Of a stretch of DNA of 64,000 nt, positions 24,684-37,497 are shown piece after piece (the first letter of the stretch is position 1; each line of letters starts with the position of its first letter). The position numbers and the translations under genes are program-made. The notes beneath the pieces were generated by a model. The model searched no databases. It was not told the DNA's origin and saw nothing but the letters and a program-made list of their open reading frames with translations. The DNA is from Eledone cirrhosa (lineage: Eukaryota): the NCBI GenBank assembly GCA_964016885.1, contig OZ024761.1, positions 7,440,001 to 7,504,000 of the forward strand, in the 5' to 3' direction.

Positions 24684-26013
24684 TGTTGTCACAGCTCACA
24701 CCTCTGTAGGTTTAGCTGGCCTCCTGTGTTGTCACAGCTCACACCTCTGTAGGTTTAACTGGCCTCCTGTGTTGTCACAGCTCACACCTATGTAGGTTTA
24801 GCTGGCCTCCTGTGTTGTCACAGTTCACATCTATGTAGGTTTAACTGGCCTCCTGTACTGTTGTCACAGCTCACACCTATGTAGGTTTAACTGGCCTCCT
24901 GTGTTGTCACAGCTCACACCTATGTAGGTTTAGCTGGCCTCCTGTGTTGTCACAGCTCACACCTATGTAGGTTTAACTGGCCTCCTGTGTTGTCACATCT
25001 CACACCTATGTAGGTTTAACTGGCCTCCTGTGTTGTCACAGCTCACACCTATGTAGGTTTAACTGGCCTCCTGTGTTGTCACAGCTCACACCTATGTAGG
25101 TTTAACTGGCCTCCTGTGTTGTCACAGCTCACACCTATGTAGGTTTAACTGGCCTCCTGTGGTGTCACAGCTCACACCTATGTAGGTTTAACTGGCCTCC
25201 TGTGTTGTCACAGCTCACACCTATGTAGGTTTAACTGGCCTCCTGTGTTGTCACAGCTCACACCTCTGTAGGTTTAGCTGGCCTCCTGTGTTGTCACAGT
25301 TCACATCTATGTAGGTTTAGCTGGCCTCCTGTGTTGTCACAGTTCACATCTATGTAGGTTTAGCTGGCCTCCTGTGTTGTCACAGCTCACACCTATGTAG
25401 GTTTAACTGGCCTCCTGTGTTGTCACATCTCACACCTCTGTAGGTTTAGCGGGCCTCCCTGTGTTGTCACAGTTCACACCTATGTAGGTTTAACTGGCCT
25501 CCCTATGTTGTCACAGTTCACACCTATGTAGGTTTAACTGGCCTCCCTATGTTGTCACAGTTCACACCTATGTAGGTTTAACTGGCCTCCTGTGTTGTCA
25601 CAGCTCACACCTATGTAGGTTTAGCTGGCCTCCTGTGTTGTCACAGCTCACACCTATGTAGGTTTAGCTGGCCTCCTGTGTTGTCACAGCTCACACCTAT
25701 GTAGGTTTAGCTGGCCTCCTGTGTTGTCACAGCTCACACCTATGTAGGTTTAGCTGGCCTCCTGTGTTGTCACAGTTCACACCTCTGTAGGTTTAGCTGG
25801 CCTCCTGTGTTGTCACAGCTCACACCTATGTAGGTTTAGCTGGCCTCCTGTGTTGTCACAGCTCACACCTCTGTAGGTTTAGCTGGCCTCCTGTGTTGTC
25901 ACAGTTCACACCTATGTAGGTTTAGCTGGCCTCCTGTGTTGTCACATCTCACACCTATGTAGGTTTAGCTGGCCTCCCTATGTTGTCACAGCTCACACCT
26001 ATGTAGGTTTAAC
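24684..26013. repeat. 43-bp minisatellite, ~31 copies
   Basis: Unit tgttgtcacagctcacacctatgtaggtttaactggcctcctg. Confidence 0.98.
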
Positions 26014-26624
26014 TGCCCTTCAACTAGGATGTTTCTCATAGGAGCATTCTTGGGTGTTTTAATGACGGTTCACACCTTTGTATATTTTAACTGGCATTAT
26101 ACGAAGTTATATTTTATAAGAGGTTGCTCAGATGTTTTGATGATAGGGTCCCTCAGTCCCATCAAGAAAAGACCCCCCACCCCCACCCACCTCATCTCGC
26201 CAGGAAAAGATGTCAGACTGTTGTTGGGGTTAACCCTGAGGTCCTGCAGGAGGAAGATACCTCAAGCCAAAGAATTGGCACGAATGCTTGCAAAAACGAA
26301 TGCTTGCACCTAAGGTGCCAAGTGGTTGTGGTGGTGGTGTTAAACTAACCGAAACATTAGGTCTACATCTGAAATAAACCATTGCGGGATTTGACTACAG
26401 AATACTACAAATTGTAGCAAATACTGCAAGGCATTTCGCTCTACATCCCTACCAATTCTGCCAGTTTACCACACTTGATTGCTACATTATTTTATTGAGC
26501 CTGGAAGGACAACAGGCCATGTCGATCTTGCAGAATTTGACCATTGATCAAAGGAGTTGAGCTGTGACCAGAGATCAAAGTGTTGACTTGAGACAAGAGA
26601 TGTATACTAGTTATGTGTATGTAG

Positions 26625-28645
26625 ACTATCAAGTGGCCAGGAGGGAAGCTAGGAGACAAGTGTACTTTGCAAGAAGGGAAGCAGAGGAAAGAAAGTTCAA
26701 GCATGTTCTACAACGTGAGGACCAAAAACGTGAGGTGTTCAGGATTGCCAGGCAATGTGTCAAGGAAAACCGTGATATTGTCGGGGAGAAGTGTGTACTT
26801 AACGATGATGGCATACTTGCCATCACCGACGCTGATAAGAAGGTAGCTTGGAAGTGTCACTACGAAAGGCTTCTAAATGAGGAGAACAAATGGGAGAAAG
26901 ACAGTCTCCCCCACATCGACCCAATAGAGGGACCAGCAGTGTTAGTCCAGGGTAGTACAATAAGCAAGGCAATCAAAGATATGAAGACGGGTAAGGCGGC
27001 TGGTCCTTCGGAAATAGTTGCTGAGATGCTGAAGGCATCTGGTTCGGTGGGACACACCATGGTCACCCGGATAGTTAACCAAGTCGTACAGAATGGGGTT
27101 GTTCCGAAGGACTGGCGTAGCAGCATCATCGTTAACTGCTATAAGGGAAAAGGAGATGCCCTAGATAGGAGTAACTATAGAGGCATTAAATTAATCGACC
27201 AGGTCATGAAGGTCACGGAAAAAGTAATAGCGCAACTAATCAGAGAGAGAATTGATATAGATGAAATGCAGTTCGGATTTGTGTCAGGCAAAAGTACCAC
27301 AGACGCTCTTTTCATTGTACGACAACTACAGGAGAAGTACCTAGCTAAAAGTAAACCCCTATACTTAGCTTTCGTCGACTTGGAGAAAGCCTTCGACAGA
27401 GTCCCCCGTTCCATTATCTGGTGGTCTCTTAGAAAACTAGGTGTTGACGAATGGCTTGTGAGAGCTATACAAGCCATGTATAAAGAAACAGTCAGTAAGG
27501 TTAGAATTAACAACGAATATAGTGAAGAGTTTAGCGTAAAAGTTGGTGTCCATCAGGGCTCTGTTCTTAGCCCCCTACTATTTATTATTGCCCTTCAGGC
27601 TATAACAGAGGAGTTCAAGACCGGCTGCCCATGGGAACTCCTATACGCAGATGATCTAACGCTCATAGCTGAATCAATGACCGAACTAGAGAAGAAATTC
27701 CAAACATGGAAGCACGGCCTAGAATCAAAAGGCCTTAAAATTAACCTGGCTAAGACTAAAGTTCTAGTTTGTAGGAAAGAAAATAAGGCGGCAGTCCCAT
27801 CTGGGAAATGGCCATGCTCAGTGTGTAGGAAAGGCGTAGGTAGAAACTCCATTTTATGTCCCAAATGCAAAGTATGGGTGCATAAAAGATGTAGTGGGAT
27901 CACAGGTAAGCTAACTAAGAACATAGATTTTACATGTGGCCGGTGCTCTGGTGCAATAAGTAGCAGCAAGTGCCCACAAAATACTAGCTCCTTCCAACTG
28001 CGCAGAGGGTTCTATAGAAATAGTGGACAGCTTCCGTTACCTGGGTGACAAAATCAGCAGTGGGGGAGGGTGCTCTGAAAGTACAGTAGCTAGAGTCAGA
28101 ACTGGATGGAAAAAGTTCAGAGAGCTTATACCACTATTAGCCGCTAGAGGTTTCTCCCTAAAAATGAAAGGCAGGTTATACGATGCCTGCATACGAACAG
28201 CAATGCTGCATGGCAGTGAGACCTGGGCATTGTGTGCAGAGGATATACGCAGACTAGAGAGGAACGAAGCTTGCATGCTCCGCTGGATGTGCAATAGTAA
28301 TATACGTGAACGGCAAAGCATAAACGAACTAAGGAAAAAATTAGAAATAAGAGGGATCAGATGTTGTTTACTCGAGAGAAGGCTACGTTGGTACGGTCAC
28401 GTGATGCGCATGAAAGACGACAGCTGTATAACAAAGTGCAGGGCAATAAAGATAGACGGTAGCCACGGAGTAGGCAGACCCAGAAAAACATGGGACGAGC
28501 TGATAAATTCCGACCTCACACGCTTACACCTCTCCAATACAATGTCACTGGACCGAGACCTTTGGCGGTACTCAGTAATAGAGAAGACCCGCCTTACCTA
28601 AATACAAAGTAAAAACCTACTACAGTCAGTAGGCATCTCTAACTG
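26625..28645 (+). mobile_element. 5'-truncated RTE LINE (family C): reverse transcriptase ORF with a single frameshift near 27995 and a PHD-like finger
   Basis: RT motifs KGKGD..NYRGIKL, QFGF, FVDLEKAFD, GVHQGSVLSP, YADD, FRYLG, RLRWYGHV; ORFs 26564-28048 and 28023-28601 join by removing 1 nt. Confidence 0.95.
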
Positions 28646-28776
28646 CAGAAGCCTGCTATGTCATATATGTCTGTGTGTATGCATGGTAACTTAGCAGTCC
28701 AGCAAAAAGAGATTGATAAAACATGTATTAGACTTGAAAAAGCAAGTTGGAAGTTGATATGATCGACAAAGTTCCT

Positions 28777-28989
28777 TTAACCTTTTAACATTTACATAAC
28801 TCTATATATACTATTGTATTTTCACAGTAAAGGCTTTACCGCACATAATACCAAAGCTATGAGATTTTGATATTTATTTTGAGAACAATACCTTAACACC
28901 AGTATGAGTGGCTGCTTACGGCCAGTTTCAACAGAAAGATGTGAGAGAATTCTGGCTGGATATGGTTGGTTTAGATGCCAAAGGATTAA
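28777..28989. mobile_element. piggyBac-like MITE (family 1)
   Basis: TTAA|CCTTTTAACATTT ... AGATGCCAAAGGA|TTAA; same body as other copies. Confidence 0.6.
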
Positions 28990-29318
28990 AGGAACATGGC
29001 TTAGTGGTCACGGTGATTGACCCACGATCGTAAGGTAGAGTTCAATACCTGGCAATGCATTGTGTCCTTGAGCAAGACACTTCAATACATGTTGTCACAG
29101 ACAACTCAGCTGGGAAAGAAGTAGCTGTACCTGCAATTTCAAAGGGGTTAGTATGTCACCCTGCGTCATGCTGAATCTCCCTGAGAACTATATTAAAGGT
29201 AAACATGTCTGAGGAATGTTCAGTCACTCACAAGTCATTTCACAAGCAGGTTGTTCAAATAACTCAAACCCTTGTCGTAGTTGATGGATGTCCAACACAC
29301 AGCAATTACCCTAACAAC

Positions 29319-29640
29319 GTGGTTAGAGCGCCAGGCTTACAATCGTGAGGTTGTGAGTTCAATTCTTGAACCGGGTTTTGAGCAAGACACTTTATTTCAT
29401 GTTGCTCCAGTTTACTCAGCTGTAGAAATGAGTTGTGACGCCACTGGTGTCAAGTTGTATCAACCTTTGTCTTTCCCTTGGACAACATCGGTGGCATGGA
29501 GAGGGGAGACTGGTATACAAGGGCGGCGACTGCTGGTCTTCCACAAACAACCTTGCTAGGACTTGTACCTCGGAAGAGAACTTTCTAGGTGCAAATCCCC
29601 TGGTCATTTGTGACCGAAGCTGGTTTTTACTCATTTTACC
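29319..29640 (+). mobile_element. tRNA-derived SINE with the same head/core as 12401 but a different tail
   Basis: gtggttagagcg..GAGTTCAATTC..ttgagcaagacactttatttca..cagctgtagaaatgag, then a tail shared with 47886-48060. Confidence 0.8.
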
Positions 29641-29679
29641 TGAAGATGAAGAAAGCAAGACACACATCAAATAATTTAC

Positions 29680-29816
29680 CTTTTGATTTTGTAGTAACAT
29701 CCCTTCACCTTCGTTATTTTCTAAATTATTACTACTCTGTGGTAAAGCGTTAGTTACAAATGCCGCTAAAGAATTTTCACTTGATAAATTTAATTCTCTC
29801 TGTGCTGTCATTTCCT
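29680..29816 (-). CDS. unk: unkempt exon, start of the disordered region: QEMTAQRELNLSSENSLAAFVTNALPQ...LLQNQK
   Basis: tttacAG acceptor, GTAAAT donor; 137 nt, phase 1 to 0, fitting both neighbours; open frame. Confidence 0.82.
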
Positions 29817-29912
29817 CTGTAAAAAATAGAAAAAATTTAATTATGATATATCTGTATCTGTGAATATTATCACTATATATCATTCCTTTTGCCATGCTGG
29901 AAAGGGTTATAT

Positions 29913-30018
<106 letters not shown>

Positions 30019-30990
30019 CTACCTTGATTAAATCTTAACCATTTAACATCTCAGAGTATGTCATGTATCATATTTTGTCTGATGAGGACGTACTGTTGTA
30101 CATCCAAAATATGTATAATAAAATGTAATTGATCAAAAGAACATCATTTCATTTCATTTCATTTCATTTTTACGTTCGCTTTTTCCCTGCTCGCAAGGGT
30201 GGGACGGGAACTGATTTTGGCTTGGTTTCTACAGCTGGATGCCCTTCCTAACACCAACCTCATTTACAGTGAGTGCTGGGTGCTTTTTTGCCATGGCACC
30301 TCCATGACCACTTTGCAGTGGAATGATATGGACCCCAGTCCCTATCATCTCATTTCTACAGCTGAGTAAACTGAGTAAATATTTGTCTTTTAATATATAT
30401 ATATAGACACACAGTTGTCCTCCGACATTTGTGGCGTTTACATTCCTGGAGCACCCGCGAAGGGCGAAAAACTGCGAATGTTGGACGTGGTCTATAGAAA
30501 TGCCTATAAACATCAAAATATAATAATAAAAAAGAGGGAGTGTCTTATGCAAAGGAGCGTCCAATACGGTACACTGTTGTTAATAATTTAGCGTTAAAAA
30601 TATACATATTGCCACGAAAAAAATCGCGGAAGATATTTACGATTCCATAAATATGCTCTGGTTCCCACAAATAATTATTAGTTAGGTTCTAAGGAAAATT
30701 TTGCAAATAACTGGGGCTGTGTATGATGGGAGTACACTGTATATATAGTTGAAGGAGACAACAGAGGTAGAAAATGTCTTATTAGTTTCACGCTTTATAT
30801 TGGAAAGAGGAAAGTTGGACATGTCGGGTTTAAGTCCTTCTTCAGGGGTACAAAATAGACGGGATCATAATGGAGGAACAGAAAAAGGGTCCAGTAAAAA
30901 AGAAAAAAAAAATTGAAAACAAGACAGCCATTAGGTAGTCTTGGAATGCAAAGTGGACTGTGTGTGTATTAAGGAATGAGTGATATATAT

Positions 30991-31450
30991 CATCATCATC
31001 ATCATTTTACATCCGCTTTTCCCTGCTTGCAAGGGCGGGACGGGTCTTATTCAGCACAGCATCTCTCCACTCGCCACGGTCCCTCGTCATCTCCACTGTG
31101 AGCTTCAGTGATCTGAGGTCTGTTCTCACCACCTCCGCCCATGTTTTTCGTGGTCTACCTCTACCACGTCTTCCTTCAACTGGCATTTCCTGGCACTTCT
31201 TCACCCATCGGTCATCCTCCATGCGCATCACATGTCCATACCACCTGTCTCCTCTCCCGTACACTACATTCTATCCCTCTCAGACACAGTTTCTCTCTCA
31301 ACACATTTATGCTGGGTCGTTCACGCACATCCAACGGAGCATGCTTGCCTCATTTCTCTCCAGCCGTCGCATATCCTCTGCGGTTGCTGCCCATGTCTCA
31401 CTACCATGCAGCATCGCGCTCCTCACACAGGCATCATACAACCGGCCTTT
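30991..31450 (-). mobile_element. RTE LINE (family B) 3' fragment
   Basis: WYGHVMRMEDDRWVKKC..GRGRPRKTW..NKTRPALASREKRM* runs directly into a (GAT)n tail; related plus-strand copy at ~61170-61688. Confidence 0.9.
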
Positions 31451-31462
31451 CGATGATGATGA

Positions 31463-31498
<36 letters not shown>

Positions 31499-32037
31499 TC
31501 ATCATCAATATTTAATGCCTATATTTCATGGGTTAAACAGGTTGTCATTCTGTGGCTAAAACCTGCTAGTACACTCAGCTTTTAGTTTGTTACTATAGCA
31601 GGATGCACTTCTTAATGCCAACACACACACACTCAGGGAAATTATATTATTTCAGTAATCGGTAGAGTGTTGGATGACATGCTTTGCAACACAGAGTTAC
31701 GTCCCTTTACGTTCTGAATTCAAATCCCACCGAGATTAGCTTTGCTTTCCATCTTTACGGAGTTGATAAAATAAAGTATCACTGGGGCCGATTTAATCAA
31801 CTTTCCCATCCTCCAAAAGTTGCTGGCCTAGTGCTTGGCAGCATAGAGTTACGGCCATTTACAATTTGAGTTCAAATCCCACCAAGGTTAGCTTTGCCTT
31901 TCATCCTTTGGAGGAGGAGGAGGTGGGGTCAATAAAATAAAGTACCAGTAATGTACTGTAATAATTGCTGGCCTTGTGCCAAAAGTAGAAACAATCATTA
32001 TTATAGAAACACAAAGAAGAAATTGTGTGTGTCTATG

Positions 32038-32099
<62 letters not shown>

Positions 32100-32235
32100 A
32101 AATAAGCATTAAACAATTATGTCACTTTAATGTCTATCTTTCCATGCTTGCATGGGTTAGACAGGTCGCCCATGGCATGAGACAAGTCTGGCCAGCTGGC
32201 CGCACCATATCTTAGTCAGACGTCTGTGGGTATAT

Positions 32236-33195
32236 CATCATCATCACCGTTTTACGTCCGTTCTTCCACGCTAGCATGGGTTAGACGGGTTGTCCTGTTG
32301 TGGGCAGTGTCCGGTCGGCTGACCATGTCTTGCTCATACGGGAACTGATTCTGGCTTGATTTCTACAGTTGGATGCCCTTCCTAACACCAACCTCATTTT
32401 TTGTTGTGACACCTCCACGACCAATTTGCAGTGGAAACTTTGTTTCTTTCTAATCTACGCAAGTCTCCTACAGACAGCGCCCAGGTCTCACTACCATATA
32501 ACATTGCTGTTCACATACACGCATCATACAGTCTGCCTTTCATTTTGAGGGAAAAGCCTTTTGCAGCTAGCAGTGGCAGTAGCTCCCTGAACTTCTTCCA
32601 TCCTGTTCTTACCCTAGAGATTGGTGGTGCTTGTTTGCTGTCCCAGCACAGCTGTTACATGTAAAGCCTACATTCTTAGCTAAGCTTCCTGAGATCCCAC
32701 TACATCTCTTGTGTACCCATTGTTTGCATTTGGGGCAGAGGATGGAGTTCCTACCTACTGAGCAAGGCCATTTCCCTGAGGGAATCTGGGTTCTGTTTTC
32801 TCGTCTACTTACGAGGACCCTAGTTTTTGTCAAGTTGACTTTGAGACCCATTCTTTCTAGTCCCTGCTTCCATGTTTGGAATTTCTTCTCTAGTTCCACC
32901 ATGGATTCAGCTATAAGTGCGAGATCATCTGCATACAGGAGTTCCTATGGACATCCAGTCTTAAACTCCTCCGTTATTGCCTGCAGAACTATAATGAACA
33001 GAAGAGGGCTAAGAACAGAGCCCTGGTGGACACCGACCTGTATGCAAAATTCCTCTCTATAGCTATTGCTAACCCTAACTTTGCTGACTGCTCCCCTATA
33101 CATGGTTTGTACAGTTTCACAAGCATTCATCTACTCCTAGTTTTCTAAGAGCCCACCAGATTATAGCACGAAGCACTCTGTTGAAGGCCTTTTCC
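32236..33195 (-). mobile_element. RTE LINE (family A) fragment with internal deletions
   Basis: GVHQGSVLSPLLF, YADD region and PHD-like cysteines present with stops/deletions; family A 3' terminus at 32236-32400. Confidence 0.9.
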
Positions 33196-33206
33196 AGATA
33201 TGTGTA

Positions 33207-33486
33207 TCATCATCATCATTTCATTTTACGTCCGCTTTTCCCTGCTTGCAAGGGTGGGACGGGAACTGATTCTGGCTTGATTTTTACAGCTGGATGCTTT
33301 TTTGCCGTGGCACCTCCACGACCACTTTGCAGTGGAGTGATAGGGACCCCAGTCCCTATCATCTAATTTCTACAGCTGAGTAAAGTGTCTTGCTCAAGGA
33401 AACAACACATCACCCGGTCTGAGAATTGAACTCACAACCTTTTGATTGCAAGGCTAATGCTCTAACCACTAAGCCGTGTGCCTCCA
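33207..33486 (-). mobile_element. chimeric SINE copy with two internal deletions
   Basis: Matches 12401-12734 apart from the missing segments. Confidence 0.85.
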
Positions 33487-33628
33487 TGTATATATATTTA
33501 TATGGGGAATGAGATTTTAAAATATCTCATAAAAACGTTTAATTGGGAATATACTCCCGTATTTCCTAATGTTTGTTGAGTGAGATGGAAATTGGTCGGG
33601 GCATCTCTAATAGCTTTCTCCGTTTATG

Positions 33629-33664
<36 letters not shown>

Positions 33665-33716
33665 CATAAACGGAGAAAGCTATTAGCGATACCCCAACCA
33701 ATTTCCATCACACACA

Positions 33717-33787
33717 CAGGGTGTCCCAAAAATGTATACATAATACAACATTTAAATCAAAGTGTATACATTTTTTGGGACACCCTG
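33717..33787. mobile_element. miniature Tc1/mariner-like MITE (~70 bp); related copy ~2958-3033
   Basis: cagggtgtcccaaaaatgtataca ... tgtatacattttttgggacaccctg. Confidence 0.7.
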
Positions 33788-33902
33788 CACACACATATAT
33801 ATATATATACATACACACACATATACATGGGAAATATTAACAGTATTAAACAGTAATGATGACGATGTATGTGTATAAAAGTATGTACATTATGTGTATT
33901 TA

Positions 33903-34225
33903 TTCATTCATTTCATTTTACGTCCGCTTTTCCCTGCTTGCAAGGGTGGGACGGGAACTGATTCTGGCTTGATTTCTACAGCTGGATGCCCTTCCTAACA
34001 CCAACCTCATTTACAGTGAGTGCTGGGTGCTTCTTTGCCGTGGCACCTCCATGACCACTTTGCAGTGGAATGATAGGGACCCCAGTCCCTATCATCTCAT
34101 TTCTACAGCTGAGTAAACTGGAGCAATGTGAAATAAAGTGTCTTGCTCAAGGAAACAACACATCAACCGGTCTGAGAATTGAACTCACAACCTTTCGATT
34201 GCAAGGCCAATGCTCTAACCCCTAA
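33903..34225 (-). mobile_element. chimeric SINE copy
   Basis: Near-identical to 12401-12734. Confidence 0.9.
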
Positions 34226-34354
34226 ACAATGTATACACACACACACAAGTATTGCTCAGTGACAACAGACTGTTGAGATGACCTTACCTCAGTTTTATTT
34301 TATTTTGTTAATATTCAGAGCTTTAATCTTTTTATTCAATGTCTATTGTTGTTT

Positions 34355-34820
34355 AGCCTATGGCAGTCTTGAGAGAATCTACAGTCTTGTGAGATTCTAC
34401 AACAGCAACGTGCTGTCCACACTCTTGTACGGAAGTGAAACCTGGCACCTTAAGACCAGCCAAGAGAAGAAGTTGTCTGCGAAAGATCCTAGGGATTAAA
34501 TGGAGTGACCAGGAAGTCAAGAACCGCACCAACCAGCAGCTAGTCTCTTCTACCATCTGCAAGCGACCCCTGGGCTGGTTTGGACACGCTTTGAGACTTC
34601 CCTCGGAGAGACTTGCGAACCAAGTGCTTAAATGGAGCCCGCAGGGAAGCAGACGGAGAGGGCAACCCAATATGAACTGCCGCCAGACAGTTGAGAGGGA
34701 CCTGCGAGCGACAAACAGACAATGGTGGGACGCTGTGCAACTGGCTGCTGACCGAACGCGATGGAACACTATGATTGCCTCATGCGTCGCTAGACGCGGG
34801 ATCTTCTGAGTCTGAGTCTT
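34355..34820 (+). mobile_element. RTE-clade LINE 3' fragment from a distinct family, with (CTGAGT)n tail
   Basis: SNVLSTLLYGSETW..CLRKILGIKW..WFGHALR..GSRRRGQP..AADRTRW; ends tctgagtctgagtct. Confidence 0.85.
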
Positions 34821-35916
34821 GAACCAGCAGACAAGAATTAAAGAAAACTCTAGCAGTATGTTTTCTCATTTATTTCTCAGGTAGTTTAAGACAACAGGGA
34901 GTACTTGAGTCTTTTTGATACCAACCAGTCCCAAACTGTGTTTGTTGATGGTGCTGGATTTCTCTTTACAGACATGGTTACACCAACAAACACATTTACA
35001 TGTAATAAAGTTTTAGATACTAGAATTTTTTACCATATGTTGGTGCGTATGTATGTGTATATGTGCATATGCTTACATTTATAGGTATGAGTATATAAAT
35101 ATAAACGTGTAAACACAGACACACTTACAAAAATACACTCAAGACACATTCACACAAACAGCATAGGTTTTTCACCATCCCCTACCTTCCTTTTACACAC
35201 AGGTAGCAGATGTAAAGAGAGAGGAGTAGTATGAGGTAGTCAAACTACTCCTCTCTCTTTACATCTTGTGACAGAATTGCAGAAATTTATATATAGAATC
35301 AAAAATTTGGAGGGATTTAGTTGTATAACTGTCTTTCTCAGTAAGATAATGTTAAAGTGTTTATATTTATCGTTGTGTGACAGTAATTAACACAAACTAT
35401 AGGCTTTCTCTTATGTAAACCATTAATTTACTAAAACCTAAATATCACAGTTATTGTTCACATATCCAGTAATCTTGGTATATATGACATCCCAATACTG
35501 AGCTCCAAAAATTAAATTGGTTCAAGGCTATTGCCATCATTGTTAATGGCACTGGTCCACTAATAAAATAATTGTTTCCATTTTTGGCACAAGGCCAGCA
35601 ATTACCCCAGTGCATTACTGGTGCTTTATTTTATTGACCCCGTAAGGATGCAAGGCAAAGTTAACCTTGCCGCAATTTCAACTCTGAAAAAAAGGGCCAT
35701 AACTATGCTGCAAAGCACGGTGTCCGACGCTCTACTGATTTTGCCAAACCACTGTCCTAATAAAATTATGGTTTTCTGATTTAGGCACAAAGCCATCAAT
35801 TTTGGGGGAGGGGAGAGTGCATGACTGATACTTTATTAGTAGTCACAAACTGGGGTCGATTTAAAATAATAAAACGAATAAACAAATAGAAGAGAAATAT
35901 ATTTCAAATAACTTAC

Positions 35917-36001
35917 GTTCGACATGTGCAAAAGCACAAAAAGACCCTCGAGGGCAGTAACTATTCTGTACCATATCATTACATTTTGTTGATTTATAAA
36001 T
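35917..36001 (-). CDS. unk: unkempt exon, last CCCH finger: IYKSTKCNDMVQNSYCPRGSFCAFAHVE
   Basis: tttcAG acceptor, GTAAGT donor; 85 nt, phase 0 to 1; hallmark IYKSTKCND...CPRG.FCAFAH. Confidence 0.96.
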
Positions 36002-36034
36002 CTGAAATGAAAAAGAAATATGAAAACATGCTGA

Positions 36035-37497
36035 TGTCACGACAATAAGCACCCAGCCCACACTGTAAAGTGGTCCTGTAGGTGTCACGACAATAAACAC
36101 CCAGCCCACACTGTAAAGTGGTCCTGTAGGTGTCACGACAATAAGCACCCAGCCCACACTGTAAAGTGGTCCTGTAGGTGTCACGACAATAAACACCCAG
36201 CCCACACTGTAAAGTGGTCCTGTAGGTGTCATGACAAACACCCAGTCCACACTGTAAAGTGGTCCTGTAGGTGTCACGACAATAAGCACCCAGCCCACAC
36301 TGTAAAGTGGTCCTGTAGGTGTCATGACAAACACCCAGTCCACACTGTAAAGTGGTCGCGTAGGTGTTAGGACAATAAGCACCCAGCCCACTGTAAAGTG
36401 GTCCTGTAGGTGTCACGACAATAAGCACCCAGCCCACTATAAAGTGGTCGTGTAGGTGTCACGACAATAAGCACCCAGCCCACAGTAAAGTGGTTGTGTA
36501 GGTGTCATGACAAACACCCAGCCCACACTGTAAAGTGGTCGTGTAGGTGTCACGACAATAAGCACCCAGCCCACAGTAAAGTGGTCATGTAGGTGTCATG
36601 ACAAACACCCAGCCCACACTGTAAAGTGGTCGTGTAGGTGTCATGACAATAAGCACCCAGCCCACAGTAAAGTGGTCATGTAGGTGTCATGACAAACACC
36701 CAGCCCACACTGTAAAGTGGTCGTGTAGGTGTCATGACAATAAGCACCCAGCCCACAGTAAAGTGGTCATGTAGGTGTCATGACAAACACCCAGCCCACA
36801 CTGTAAAGTGGTCGTGTAGGTGTCATGACAATAAGCACCCAGCCCACAGTAAAGTGGTCATGTAGGTGTCATGACAAACACCCAGCCCACACTGTAAAGT
36901 GGTCGTGTAGGTGTCATGACAATAAACACCCAGCACTCACTGTAAAGTGGTCGTGTAGGTGTCATGACAATAAACACCCAGCCCACACTGTAAAGTGGTC
37001 GTGTAGGTGTCATGACAAACACCCAGCCCACAGTAAAGTGGTCGTATAGGTGTCATGACAAACACCCAGCCCACACTGTAAAGTGGTCGTGTAGGTGTCA
37101 TGACAAACACCCAGCCCACACTGTAAAGTGGTTGTGTAGGTGTCATGACAAACACCCAGCCCACAGTAAAGTGGTCGTATAGGTGTCATGACAAACACCC
37201 AGCCCACTGTAAAGTGGTCGTGTAGGTGTCATGACAATAAGCACCCAGCCCACTGTAAAGTGGTCGTGTAGGTGTCATGACAATAAGCACCCAGCCCACT
37301 GTAAAGTGGTCGTGTAGGTGTCATGACAATAAGCACCCAGCCCACAGTAAAGTGGTCGTGTAGATGTCACGACAATAAGCACCCAGCCCACACTGTAAAG
37401 TGGTCGTGTAGGTGTCATGACAAACACCCAGCCCACTGTAAAGTGGTCGTGTAGGTGTCATGACAATAAGCACCCAGCCCACACTGTAAAGTGGTTG
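36035..37497 (+). repeat. ~45-50-bp minisatellite (~30 copies) expanded from the RTE 3'UTR sub-repeat
   Basis: Unit gtcacgacaataagcacccagcccacactgtaaagtggtcgtgtaggt; continues into gttggcgttaggaagggcatccagc, as in the LINE UTR. Confidence 0.96.

Noticed and set aside
24684-26013. CRISPR-like appearance of regular 40-50-bp repeats (also the arrays at 1, 36035, 50733, 60024)
   Set aside because: Units are head-to-tail with no unique spacers, there are no cas genes, and the context is a spliced eukaryotic gene.
26564-28601. Programmed ribosomal frameshift joining the two RT ORFs
   Set aside because: No slippery heptamer at the junction, and the related element at 55952-57583 is continuous there; a 1-bp insertion or sequencing error is simpler.
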